Source: an uncultured bacterium (GTDB lineage: Bacteria > Verrucomicrobiota > Verrucomicrobiia > Verrucomicrobiales > DEV007). From it: DNA of 64,000 bases. The DNA lies in contig CAXBMO010000001.1 in NCBI GenBank assembly GCA_963977015.1, forward strand, positions 512,001-576,000, given 5' to 3'. Under the pieces are notes generated by a model. It did not search any database, was not told the origin of the DNA, and saw nothing but the letters and a program-made list of their open reading frames with translations. The translations under genes were made by a program, and so were the position numbers. This document shows positions 37,038 through 45,629 of the stretch, piece by piece; the first letter of the stretch is position 1, and the number at the start of each line of letters is the position of its first letter.

Positions 37038-38150
37038 CTATTCGACTTTCGCGAGGTCCGCGATTACTGCGGCCAGAAAGCGACAGGCTTCTCCGCCCAT
37101 GATGGCGCGGTGGTCGAAGGTCAAGGAGAGAGGGAGATGGCGACGCACGGCCGGTTTTCCTTCGTGGGCGACCACGGCTTCGTGGATTTTGCCGGCTCCG
37201 AGAATGGCTACCGTCGGCGGCATCACAATCGGGTTGGCAAAGCGACCGGCAATCATGCCGAAGTTCGACAAGGTGATCGTATGCCCGCGCAGTTCCTCTG
37301 GCGCGAGGCTGCGGTCTTTGACCCCTTTCCGTAGACGGGTGATTTCGTCGCGAATTTGCTGGGGGCTCATTTCCTGCACATCCCGAATGACCGGGACGAA
37401 GAGTCCGTCGCTGGTGTCGACGGCGATTCCGAGGTGCACGCTGGAAAGCAGGCGGCGACCGACGGACTCCGCGTCATACCAGGAGTTGAGCGAGGGTTCG
37501 GCTTGGCAGCCCTGGACCAGGGCACGGATCAGGCGGGCCGTGATGTCGGCGTCGGGCGCCCAGTCGTTGATATCCGCCTCGTCCATCACGGTTACCGGCA
37601 CCACTTCGGCGTTGGCGCGCGCCATGTTCGCGGCCATGACCCGGCGGACTCCGCGAAGCGGTTCGAGGGGGCCGACCTCGGCAAAAATCTTGGCGACGCG
37701 CTCGATGTCGCCCTTGGTGATGACTCCGTTAGGGCCGCTTGGCGTGACCACGCTGAGATCGATCTTGTGACGCTTCGCCAGGGCGCGCACCGCGGGGGTC
37801 GCTTTGACCCCGGAGGACTTGCTTCCCACGGCTTCCGGTTTTTCCTCGACCACATTCGCACTCACTTCGACATCTCCGACCACCGTGCCTTTGTCGCCAG
37901 TGACGGCGTCGGCATCCTCCGCTTCAAATTCCACAAGGGTATTGCCAACCGGAACGATGTCGCCCGCCGCTGCGCACAGTTTCGCGATGGTGCCGGTAAA
38001 GGGAGAGGGCAGCTCGACGACGGCCTTGTCGGTCTCCACGGACACGAGCGTCTGGTCCACGGTGACGCGGTCGCCTTCGTTGACGTGCCAGGAAACGATT
38101 TCGCCTTCCTGGAGGCCTTCGCCGAGATCGGGGAGTTTGAATTTTTTCAT
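37038..38150 (-). CDS. pdhC: 2-oxoacid dehydrogenase E2 (dihydrolipoamide acyltransferase), probably branched-chain
   Basis: Lipoyl motif VETDKA, E3-binding ATPAVRALA, SLTFDHR. Confidence 0.92.
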   Translation of the reverse strand: MKKFKLPDLGEGLQEGEIVSWHVNEGDRVTVDQTLVSVETDKAVVELPSPFTGTIAKLCAAAGDIVPVGNTLVEFEAEDADAVTGDKGTVVGDVEVSANVVEEKPEAVGSKSSGVKATPAVRALAKRHKIDLSVVTPSGPNGVITKGDIERVAKIFAEVGPLEPLRGVRRVMAANMARANAEVVPVTVMDEADINDWAPDADITARLIRALVQGCQAEPSLNSWYDAESVGRRLLSSVHLGIAVDTSDGLFVPVIRDVQEMSPQQIRDEITRLRKGVKDRSLAPEELRGHTITLSNFGMIAGRFANPIVMPPTVAILGAGKIHEAVVAHEGKPAVRRHLPLSLTFDHRAIMGGEACRFLAAVIADLAKVE

Positions 38151-39127
38151 TCGTAAGTGATGGTTTCTTTGGCTGCTGTTAGGATGCGTTCCACGGAGGG
38201 AAGGTAGGTTTTTTCCAGTTTGGCCAGGGGCATCACGACATCATAACCCGTGACGCGACGGACCGGCGCAAAGAGCGACATCAACCCGAGCTCGGCAAGA
38301 TTGGCCGCGATTTCGGCTCCGAAACCGGCGCAGCGAGGGGCCTCGTGGATAATGACACAACGCCCGGTCTTCTCCACGGACTTGAGGATGGTGTTCATGT
38401 CGAGAGGCTTGATCGTGGCCACGTCGATGACTTCCGCCGAGATCCCTTCTTCGGCCAACTTGTCGGCGGCGAGCCGGGTCTCGTGCATCATCGCTCCCCA
38501 GCTCACCAGGGTGATGTCGGTGCCTTCGCGGTCGATGAAACACACGTCGAGCGGCATCGCTTCGCCGTCGTCCTGAACCTCCTGTTTGAACAACCGGTAG
38601 AGGCGAGTCGGTTCAAGGAAGATGACGGGATCGGAATCCCGGATCGCAGCGAGCAGCAAGCCGTAGGCGCGCAGGGGTGAGGACGGATAAACCACGCGAA
38701 TCCCAGGAATGTGGGCAAAAAAGGCTTCGGGGCTTTCCGAATGATGTTCGGGCGCGTGAATCCCGCCTCCGGAAGGTGAACGGAGCACCATGGGGCACGA
38801 CATGCGCCCCCGGGAACGGTTCCGGATTCGGGACGCGTGGTTGTAGACCGTGTCCATCGTTGAAAAGATGAACCCGGAAAACTGGATTTCCGCAACGGGT
38901 TTGTATCCGGAGACTGCCAGGCCATAAGACATGGAGCCGATCAGGACCTCAGCAAGAGGAGTATCGACAACCCTGTCTTCGCCAAATTTCTCGAGGAGAC
39001 CCTGAGTAGCGCGAAAAACGCCGCCATTGACCGCGACGTCCTCACCTAACACGACCACTTTGGAGTCGTGCTCCATTTCATGCTTTAGGGCTAGGTTGAT
39101 CGCTTCGACTAAATTGATTTCAGACAT
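38147..39127 (-). CDS. pdhB: 2-oxoacid dehydrogenase E1 beta subunit
   Basis: GEDV..GGVFR, DTPLAE, AEIQF, APEHHSES. Confidence 0.95.
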   Translation of the reverse strand: MSEINLVEAINLALKHEMEHDSKVVVLGEDVAVNGGVFRATQGLLEKFGEDRVVDTPLAEVLIGSMSYGLAVSGYKPVAEIQFSGFIFSTMDTVYNHASRIRNRSRGRMSCPMVLRSPSGGGIHAPEHHSESPEAFFAHIPGIRVVYPSSPLRAYGLLLAAIRDSDPVIFLEPTRLYRLFKQEVQDDGEAMPLDVCFIDREGTDITLVSWGAMMHETRLAADKLAEEGISAEVIDVATIKPLDMNTILKSVEKTGRCVIIHEAPRCAGFGAEIAANLAELGLMSLFAPVRRVTGYDVVMPLAKLEKTYLPSVERILTAAKETITYE

Positions 39128-39132
39128 AAAGA

Positions 39133-40197
39133 TTAAGGGGTATTGAGAACTTCTTCACGCTGTTCGGCGAGGGCGCCGGGGAGGGCTTCATAGAGGGAAT
39201 CGAACATGGACACTGCCGGTTGCGGATCCATGGCTAGATAGGCTTCGGCTTCCTCCGCGGCTTTCGCGGTGGCCGCCTTTTGCAGGGATTCCTCGTCCTC
39301 CTTGCTCCACACTTTGGACTTCACGAGGTAGGTTTTTAGCCTAGCGATGGGATCTTCCTTCCAATGGCGGCTGACTTCTTCCTCTTTTCGGTATCGGCTC
39401 GCATCGTCCGCGGTGGTGTGGTCGGACATCCGGTAGGTCATCATTTCGAGCAGGGTGGGTCCCTCGCCTTCGCGAGCGCGATCCAGCGCGGAATTCATCG
39501 CGGCGGAGACGGCGACGATGTCATTCCCATCGAGTTGCTCGCTGGGGATGCCGGCAGCGATGCCTTTCTGGGCCAGGGTTTCAGCTCCGCTCTGCCGGTC
39601 GCGGCGCATCGAGATGGCGTATTGATTGTTGGCGACGACAAAGACCACGGGAAGTTGCCACGTTCCCGCAGCGTTGATCCCTTCGTAGAAATCGCCTTTC
39701 GAAGTCGCGCCGTCACCCAGGGTACAGACGGCGGCCCGGGTTCCGCCTTCGAGTTTCAGGGCGTAGCCCACTCCGACGGCATGACCGGCGTGAGCACCGA
39801 TGGTCACGCAGATGGGCAGGTCGTGCTTTTGGTTTTGGTAGTCCCCGCTGCGTTCATCGCCACTCCAGTAAAGTAAGATTTCGCGCATCTGCACGCCGCG
39901 CCAGAACTGGGCGCCGTACTCGCGATAGCTTGGAATCAGAATATCGTCTTCGCGCATCGCTGCACCGATTCCGACTCCGATCGCCTCCTGTCCCAGCGAA
40001 GAAGCATAGGTGCCGAGTTGTCCGGTGCGTTGCAGCGCGATCGCTTTGGAGTCGAAGGCCCGGTTTTCGATCATCGCTTTGTAGAGCGGGATCAATGTTT
40101 TCGCATCGCGGAGCTGTTCCGGGAATTCCCTCACCGGCTCGCCACCGGGATCGAGGTAGCGGGTGTATTCTATCTTAAATTTGGCGATAATTGGCAT
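39133..40197 (-). CDS. pdhA: 2-oxoacid dehydrogenase E1 alpha subunit (PDH/BCKDH type)
   Basis: GQEA, ThDP motif GDGATS...NNQYAIS, YR..HTTADD. Confidence 0.95.
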   Translation of the reverse strand: MPIIAKFKIEYTRYLDPGGEPVREFPEQLRDAKTLIPLYKAMIENRAFDSKAIALQRTGQLGTYASSLGQEAIGVGIGAAMREDDILIPSYREYGAQFWRGVQMREILLYWSGDERSGDYQNQKHDLPICVTIGAHAGHAVGVGYALKLEGGTRAAVCTLGDGATSKGDFYEGINAAGTWQLPVVFVVANNQYAISMRRDRQSGAETLAQKGIAAGIPSEQLDGNDIVAVSAAMNSALDRAREGEGPTLLEMMTYRMSDHTTADDASRYRKEEEVSRHWKEDPIARLKTYLVKSKVWSKEDEESLQKAATAKAAEEAEAYLAMDPQPAVSMFDSLYEALPGALAEQREEVLNTP

Positions 40198-40208
40198 AGT
40201 ATATAAAA

Positions 40209-40997
40209 TCAGGTTGGTTGGTTCTCCTTCGCCCAATGCGGTTCTCGTTTTTCGAGAAATGCGGCGATCCCCTCGACGGCTTCCTCGGAATTGCGCGCCA
40301 CCAGATGCGATTCCAAAGCGGCATCGAGATCTTCGCGAATGCTGCCATAACCGCAGGCCAACAATTCCTTGGTTCTCGAAATCGCTTTCGGAGCGCCTTG
40401 GTGGATTTCCCGGACGAATTCGTCGGCGGATTCCTGCCCGCGCCCGGTTGGAACGACGCGATTGACCAGGCCCATTGCCAACGCCCGCTCGGCCGTGATG
40501 AGGCCCCCGCCGATCAACATTTCGCGCAAGTGTCGCTCGCCAATCTGACGTCGAAGAAATGTCGTCACCAAGGCTCCGACCAGCCCTCGTCTCACTTCGG
40601 GAAAACCGATTCTGGTTCCCTCTTCCGCGACGACGAAATCACAAGCGGACATGAGCCCGGCACCACCGGCAACGGCAGCACCGTGGACGATGGCGATCGT
40701 CACCACCGTGGCATCAGCCACCGCCTGTAGGGTTTCCGCGACGGCGCGGGCGGAGCGATGGCTTTGATCCGACATCGCTTCCGCGAGATCGAGACCGGCG
40801 CAAAATACCTTGCCTGCTCCCTGAAAAATGACCGCACGCACGCGGTTGTCGTCACCGCCGATTTTGGCCAACTCGGCCTGGAGTTGATCCATCATCTGCA
40901 TCGACAGCGCATTGCGCTGCTCAGGGCGATTCAGCGTGATTCGCACCACGGTTGGCTCGATCCGCTCGACGAGGATGGTTGGGGTTTCAGAAGTCAT
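40209..40997 (-). CDS. Enoyl-CoA hydratase, methylglutaconyl-CoA hydratase-like
   Basis: LNRP..RNAL, FCAGLDL, AGGAGL..ACD, FPEVRRGL, EGIAAFLEKR. Confidence 0.88.
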   Translation of the reverse strand: MTSETPTILVERIEPTVVRITLNRPEQRNALSMQMMDQLQAELAKIGGDDNRVRAVIFQGAGKVFCAGLDLAEAMSDQSHRSARAVAETLQAVADATVVTIAIVHGAAVAGGAGLMSACDFVVAEEGTRIGFPEVRRGLVGALVTTFLRRQIGERHLREMLIGGGLITAERALAMGLVNRVVPTGRGQESADEFVREIHQGAPKAISRTKELLACGYGSIREDLDAALESHLVARNSEEAVEGIAAFLEKREPHWAKENQPT

Positions 40998-41321
40998 TTA
41001 GAGTTCAAGTTCGAGTATCGCCTGTCCGAGTGCCTTGCCCTGGGAATCAACCCGCAGGGAACGGCTGCCGCCGCCGTCCAGCACACCATCAATCACAAAA
41101 TTGAGGGCCAGGAGGTTGGGCACCTCGTATCGAGTCACCCTCCCGGGTCCCAGCGTCTTAAAAAATTCAGCGACCCTGGCCTCGGTCAGCTTTTCGACGA
41201 GGATCGGATAGTGTTCCGGTTCGCGGGCAAACACGGCCACATTAGCCGAACTCCCCTTGTCGCCGCTGCGGGCAAAGGCGATGTCACCTAGTTGGACGGG
41301 CTTTTGCTGATCGCTCTTCAT
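40998..41321 (-). CDS. AtuA C-terminal-domain-like small protein
   Basis: ARSGDKG, RYEVPNL.ALNF, L.GGG..SLR.D.QGK. Confidence 0.85.
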   Translation of the reverse strand: MKSDQQKPVQLGDIAFARSGDKGSSANVAVFAREPEHYPILVEKLTEARVAEFFKTLGPGRVTRYEVPNLLALNFVIDGVLDGGGSRSLRVDSQGKALGQAILELEL

Positions 41322-42676
41322 GACACAATTTCCATCCGGGGCTTCACGTTTTCCCTGTCGATCAGGCAGGGCCAGTATCCAAATACGGGACGCACTTTCG
41401 GGCGGCCTGACGTATATCCGGTCACGCCTTGAGGACCGCTGGTCACCAGAGGCGCCACTTCTTTGGCGAAGGCGTCAGCCACCGCGCGGTCGGTGGAGAA
41501 CACGGCCACTCGTAAGACACATTCCACCAAGTCCGTCCGACGCCCCATGGCGCCCCCGGTAACGTCTCCGGAGCCGATCACTTCCATCGCGGTGCGATCC
41601 GGCACGAAGCCTTTCCGCTCGATGCGCTCGATGAGCACTTCACCCGCGCGGCGCGCTTTCGCGACCGCATTGTTACCCACGATAACGAGCATGCCTTCAG
41701 CCCGAAAGCCATCATGCCAGGTGGCGCTGACTTTGTAGGTAACCGGCGGCGGTCCTCCGCGAGCGCCAGTGATCTTGATTCGATCTTTCCCCAGCTCCTC
41801 GAGATCGAGCCCGAGGAAGGAAACAGTCGCGTCGGGGCTCAGATATCGGCCGGGATCACCAATTTCGTAGAGAAGTTGTTCCTTGACGGTTTGCAAGCTA
41901 ACCCGTCCACCAGTGGACTCCGCTTTCGTGGCGACGAACGAGCCGTCAGCCTCCATCTCAATGATGGGAAAACCGAGGTCGGCCTGACCGGGAACATCCA
42001 TCCAGTCCGTGGAACAGCCGCCCGTCATCTGCGTGCCGCACTCGATCAAATGACCCGCCACGGTGGCTGCGGCAATTCGGTCCCAGTCGTCGGTCTGCCA
42101 GTCAAACGCGGCGATCGCGGCGCCGACGGTGAGACTGGGATCGGCGACCCGCCCGGTCACCACGATATCGGCGCCCGCTCGCAAAGCTTCGGCGACCGGC
42201 GTCGCGCCGATGTAGGCATTGGCCGTTCGCAGCCGATCGCGTATCGAATCGAAGGGCTCAGCGGTCTCCGTGTTTTTGAAGCTGGACGGTTCGCCGGACC
42301 GCAGCAACTCGAGAACATCGTCTCCGGTCACCACGCCCACATTCCGGTTCGCCAGCCCTGCTTCGTCGAGGATGGCGCGAATCTCCCGGGCACATCCAGG
42401 CGGGTTCAATCCACCCGCATTGGTGATGACCTTGACCGTTCCGCCCGCATTCCAAACCGGAAGCAGCGAGCGCACCACCTCCAGAAAATCCCGGGCGTAA
42501 CCAGCGTCCGGATCGCGCTCGCGTTGGATCGCCATGATGGAAAGCGACACCTCGGCGAGGTAGTCGAGGGTCAGGAAATCGAGATCCGGGCAGGTCTCCA
42601 CCAGCCTCGCCGCAGCCCCGGGTTGGTCTCCCCAGAAGGCTTGCGCGTTGCCGATTTTGATCTGTTTTTTCATCAC
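41318..42676 (-). CDS. atuA: Acyclic terpene utilisation AtuA family protein (DUF1446)
   Basis: FWGD, DYLAEVS, NAGGLNP, ANAYIG, TGRVAD, GHLIECG, EQLLYEI. Confidence 0.92.
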   Translation of the reverse strand: MMKKQIKIGNAQAFWGDQPGAAARLVETCPDLDFLTLDYLAEVSLSIMAIQRERDPDAGYARDFLEVVRSLLPVWNAGGTVKVITNAGGLNPPGCAREIRAILDEAGLANRNVGVVTGDDVLELLRSGEPSSFKNTETAEPFDSIRDRLRTANAYIGATPVAEALRAGADIVVTGRVADPSLTVGAAIAAFDWQTDDWDRIAAATVAGHLIECGTQMTGGCSTDWMDVPGQADLGFPIIEMEADGSFVATKAESTGGRVSLQTVKEQLLYEIGDPGRYLSPDATVSFLGLDLEELGKDRIKITGARGGPPPVTYKVSATWHDGFRAEGMLVIVGNNAVAKARRAGEVLIERIERKGFVPDRTAMEVIGSGDVTGGAMGRRTDLVECVLRVAVFSTDRAVADAFAKEVAPLVTSGPQGVTGYTSGRPKVRPVFGYWPCLIDRENVKPRMEIVS

Positions 42677-42713
42677 TGGTCTAGGGTGAAAGTCCGAAAC
42701 CTCGCGTTGGCCA

Positions 42714-42933
42714 CCGCCGAGCTCGTCTCGGTGGGGCCCTGTTCAGTCACCAGATCAAAACCGCTGGCAATCCGCCACCACTGCGCTCGCCGCAGTGGTG
42801 CCATGTCCCCTTCTCCGGCGTCGCCGGGTGGAAAAAGGGGACATCGCTCGCCCCCGGCAAGCGGGGCCGGGGCGCTTTTGGCACAATTCATTCTGGTAGT
42901 TGAACGTGCTAACCCCCGGCGCAAGGCCGGGGG
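42714..42933. repeat. Nested multi-hairpin element, family 1 copy A (REP/REPIN-like)
   Basis: Five hairpins plus an enclosing ACCAGA/TCTGGT helix; same layout as 45312-45534. Confidence 0.65.
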
Positions 42934-42993
42934 CGTGCCCAAACCTGTCTTTCGTGATTGGAAAAACCTGGAATTTGAGACTTTCACCCTATT

Positions 42994-44589
42994 TTAGACT
43001 TGGATAACTCCGGTATGAAATTTCCCTTCCGTCTTCGGTCGCGACACCAGTTCGAGGGAACGAATCAACGTCGCCCTCGTTTCATGGGGCTGGATAATCG
43101 CGTCGATCCATCCCCGCGCCGCGCCGTAACGGATGTCCATCTGCTCTTGGTATTGTTGGCGAACCCGCTCGCGGAGTTCTTCCAACTCGTCGTCGTTTTC
43201 GGCGGTGCTCGAACGTTTGAGAATGGCGAACAGCGTTTCGGAGGCCTGCCCGGCTCCCATCACGGCAAAATCGGCAGTGGGCCAGGCGAAGAGAAAACGC
43301 GGATCGTAAGCCTTGCCACAGAGCGCGTAGTTCCCGGCCCCAAACGAGCCACCGACGACCACGGTGATTTTCGGCACCACCGAATTGCTCATCGCGTTCA
43401 CGAGCTTGGCCCCACTGCGGATGATGCCGGATGCTTCGGCGTCCTTGCCTACCATGAAGCCGGTGACATCCTGGAAGAAAATGAGCGGGATGCCAGTCTG
43501 GTTGCAGTCCATCACAAACCGCGCCGCTTTATCCGCGCTGTCGCCGTAAATCACGCCGCCGATCCGGACGCCTTTTTTGGACTTCGTGTGAGTCTTCTGA
43601 TTCGCGACAATCCCTACCGGATACCCGCCGATGCGTGCGTAAGCCGTGATCAGACTTTTGCCATAATCAGCCTTGGATTCCTCGAACGAATCGGCGTCGA
43701 CGACACATTCGAGGAGGTCGTGCATCTCGTATCCCTGGCGACGGTTCCCGCCCATCACGTCAAGGATTTCGTCCACGCGACGCCCGGGCTTTTTGACGGC
43801 AGCCCGGCGTTGGCAAACAGGATTTTCCGGCAACATGGCCACCAGCCTTCGAAGCCTGGTGAGACACGCCTCATCATCCGGTTCGTGAAAATCGACGGTC
43901 CCGCTCACCTCGGCATGCATCGTCGCGCCACCCAGTGTCTCCGCATCGACCACTTCGCCGATGGCAGCTTTGACCAGCGAGGGGGCCGCGAGGTAAAGAC
44001 CGCTTCCCTCAGTCATGAGAATTTTGTCGCACAGCACCGGAAGGTAGGCTCCGCCGGCGACACAGTTTCCCATGATCGCCGCAAACTGAGGCAGGCCCGC
44101 CGCCGACATCACCGAATTATTCCGGAAAATCCGCCCAAAATCGTCTTCGTCAGGGAACACCTCATCCTGCAACGGCAGGAAGACCCCGGCCGAATCGACC
44201 AGATAAATCACCGGCAAACTGTTTTCAAAAGCGATCCGCTGGGCACGCAGCGCCTTCTTGACCGATTGCGGAAACATCGCCCCCGCTTTCACCGTCGCAT
44301 CGTTGGCGATAATCATGCAGTCCCGGCCCTCGACCGCCCCGATCCCGGCCACCACGCCCGCGGCCGCTATCTCCCCCCATTCTTGATACATGCCCCAGGC
44401 AGCCCACAAACCGATCTCCAACCAACCCGCGTCCACGTCCAGCAATTGCTCGATGCGTTGCCGCGCCGTCAACCGCCCCAGCGCAGCCTGCCGCTTAATG
44501 CCGGCTTCACCGCCACCCTGGCGGAGGACACGCTCCTGCTCCAGCACCTCCCGGCATCGGGCTTTTAGGTCATGTTTTTCGTCTGTCAT
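42994..44589 (-). CDS. Acyl-CoA carboxylase carboxyltransferase subunit (methylcrotonyl-CoA carboxylase beta-like)
   Basis: ANDATVKAG, DSAGVFLP.Q.EVFPD...FGRIF, CVAGGAY, GFMVG, GSFGAGNY. Confidence 0.92.
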   Translation of the reverse strand: MTDEKHDLKARCREVLEQERVLRQGGGEAGIKRQAALGRLTARQRIEQLLDVDAGWLEIGLWAAWGMYQEWGEIAAAGVVAGIGAVEGRDCMIIANDATVKAGAMFPQSVKKALRAQRIAFENSLPVIYLVDSAGVFLPLQDEVFPDEDDFGRIFRNNSVMSAAGLPQFAAIMGNCVAGGAYLPVLCDKILMTEGSGLYLAAPSLVKAAIGEVVDAETLGGATMHAEVSGTVDFHEPDDEACLTRLRRLVAMLPENPVCQRRAAVKKPGRRVDEILDVMGGNRRQGYEMHDLLECVVDADSFEESKADYGKSLITAYARIGGYPVGIVANQKTHTKSKKGVRIGGVIYGDSADKAARFVMDCNQTGIPLIFFQDVTGFMVGKDAEASGIIRSGAKLVNAMSNSVVPKITVVVGGSFGAGNYALCGKAYDPRFLFAWPTADFAVMGAGQASETLFAILKRSSTAENDDELEELRERVRQQYQEQMDIRYGAARGWIDAIIQPHETRATLIRSLELVSRPKTEGKFHTGVIQV

Positions 44590-44665
44590 ATCAGGGGTTT
44601 CAACCGCCAGCGGTTGGATGGGTCTCGCGTGACGAGATCCCACCAATCAAGCGTGAATCTGCATT

Positions 44666-44871
44666 CGTCGCGTCTGCGACTGATGATGTTAGCCGTGGGA
44701 TTAATCCCACGGAAAGGCATGAAATAAGGCTTCGTCGCGTCAGCGACCGGTCAAGCGTCTTGGCCAATCGATTCCCAAGCGACGCGAACGGTCGCTGACG
44801 CGACGTCATCCATCTATCACACCAAACGTGGGTTAAAACCCACGCCTAACATGAACTGTCGCTACGCGACG
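44666..44871. repeat. Nested palindromic REPIN/BIME-like element, family 2
   Basis: Three nested inverted pairs: CGTCGCGTCTGCGAC / GTCGCTACGCGACG; TTAGCCGTGGGATTAATCCCACGG / CGTGGGTTAAAACCCACGCCTAA; and perfect 17-bp CGTCGCGTCAGCGACCG / CGGTCGCTGACGCGACG. Confidence 0.8.
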
Positions 44872-45010
44872 CTAAATGGATGCCAGCGGTTGATAATTAG
44901 ACGTGAACGGAATGAGTCTCTTCCGAAAAACTTTCGGCAAGAAATACGGTTCGCCGGGGCCGTCTGGCCGAACCGCGTTAACTAAACGCAGAGCTTCGGC
45001 CATCGGACTC

Positions 45011-45168
45011 CACGCGAGCTTGTCTCCGTGAAACCGCGATCATCAACCAGAATCGCACCGGATTACGTCCGCCCCGGGCTGGCCTCGTGCCGATCGAGCG
45101 ATGATTCTCTTGGGCGGGAGTCAGAGCTCGAACGGGGGCAAATTTGTGAGGCTCCGTTCTGGTAGTTG
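45011..45168. repeat. Family 1 copy B (degenerate)
   Basis: ACCAGAA...GGCTGGCCTCGTGCC...GAGC/GCTC stem...TTCTGGTAGTTG. Confidence 0.55.
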
Positions 45169-45311
45169 GTCAAATAAACATGGCGTGGCCACTCTGAACG
45201 TGGACGAGTTCCAACGAGTCGCCAATCTGGATGTGATCGACGCTGGGAAGTATTCGTCTTAGAGGGAATGGCGCAAGGTTAAGCGGGCTCATCGGAAAAT
45301 TTACCCAGGTC

Positions 45312-45534
45312 TCCACAGGGATTTATTCCCGTGGAACCGAGACCAACCACCAGACCAATTCAATCTAAATGCTCGCCCCGGCTGGCCTTGCGCCAGTCGA
45401 GCGCTGACCGTCAAAAACCAGATCGTGCGCCTGGAAGGAGTCAGCGCTCCACCGGCATGAAACCGGTGGTGGCGATTGGTCTCGGGAGATGGATCTGGTG
45501 GTTGATCGCGCACCCACCGGGGCGAGCCCGGTGG
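45312..45534. repeat. Family 1 copy C
   Basis: CAACCACCAGA/TCTGGTGGTTG, GAGCGCTGAC/GTCAGCGCTC, CCACCGG-CATGAAA-CCGGTGG, CCACCGGG-GCGAG-CCCGGTGG. Confidence 0.7.
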
Positions 45535-45629
45535 AGAGCTAAGTTGGTTAAACTTGCGCCATTCGTTTTAGGGGGGAGTCCTCCACTGAACTTGCGAAGC
45601 GATCCCATCTATTTTTGCGCTGACGCTAA

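Noticed and set aside
44590-45629. 1-kb gap as RNase P RNA, tmRNA, group II intron or CRISPR array
   Set aside because: None of the signature motifs were found (GAGGAAAGTCC, tRNA-like ends, domain V, regularly spaced identical repeats); the repeats are nested palindromes
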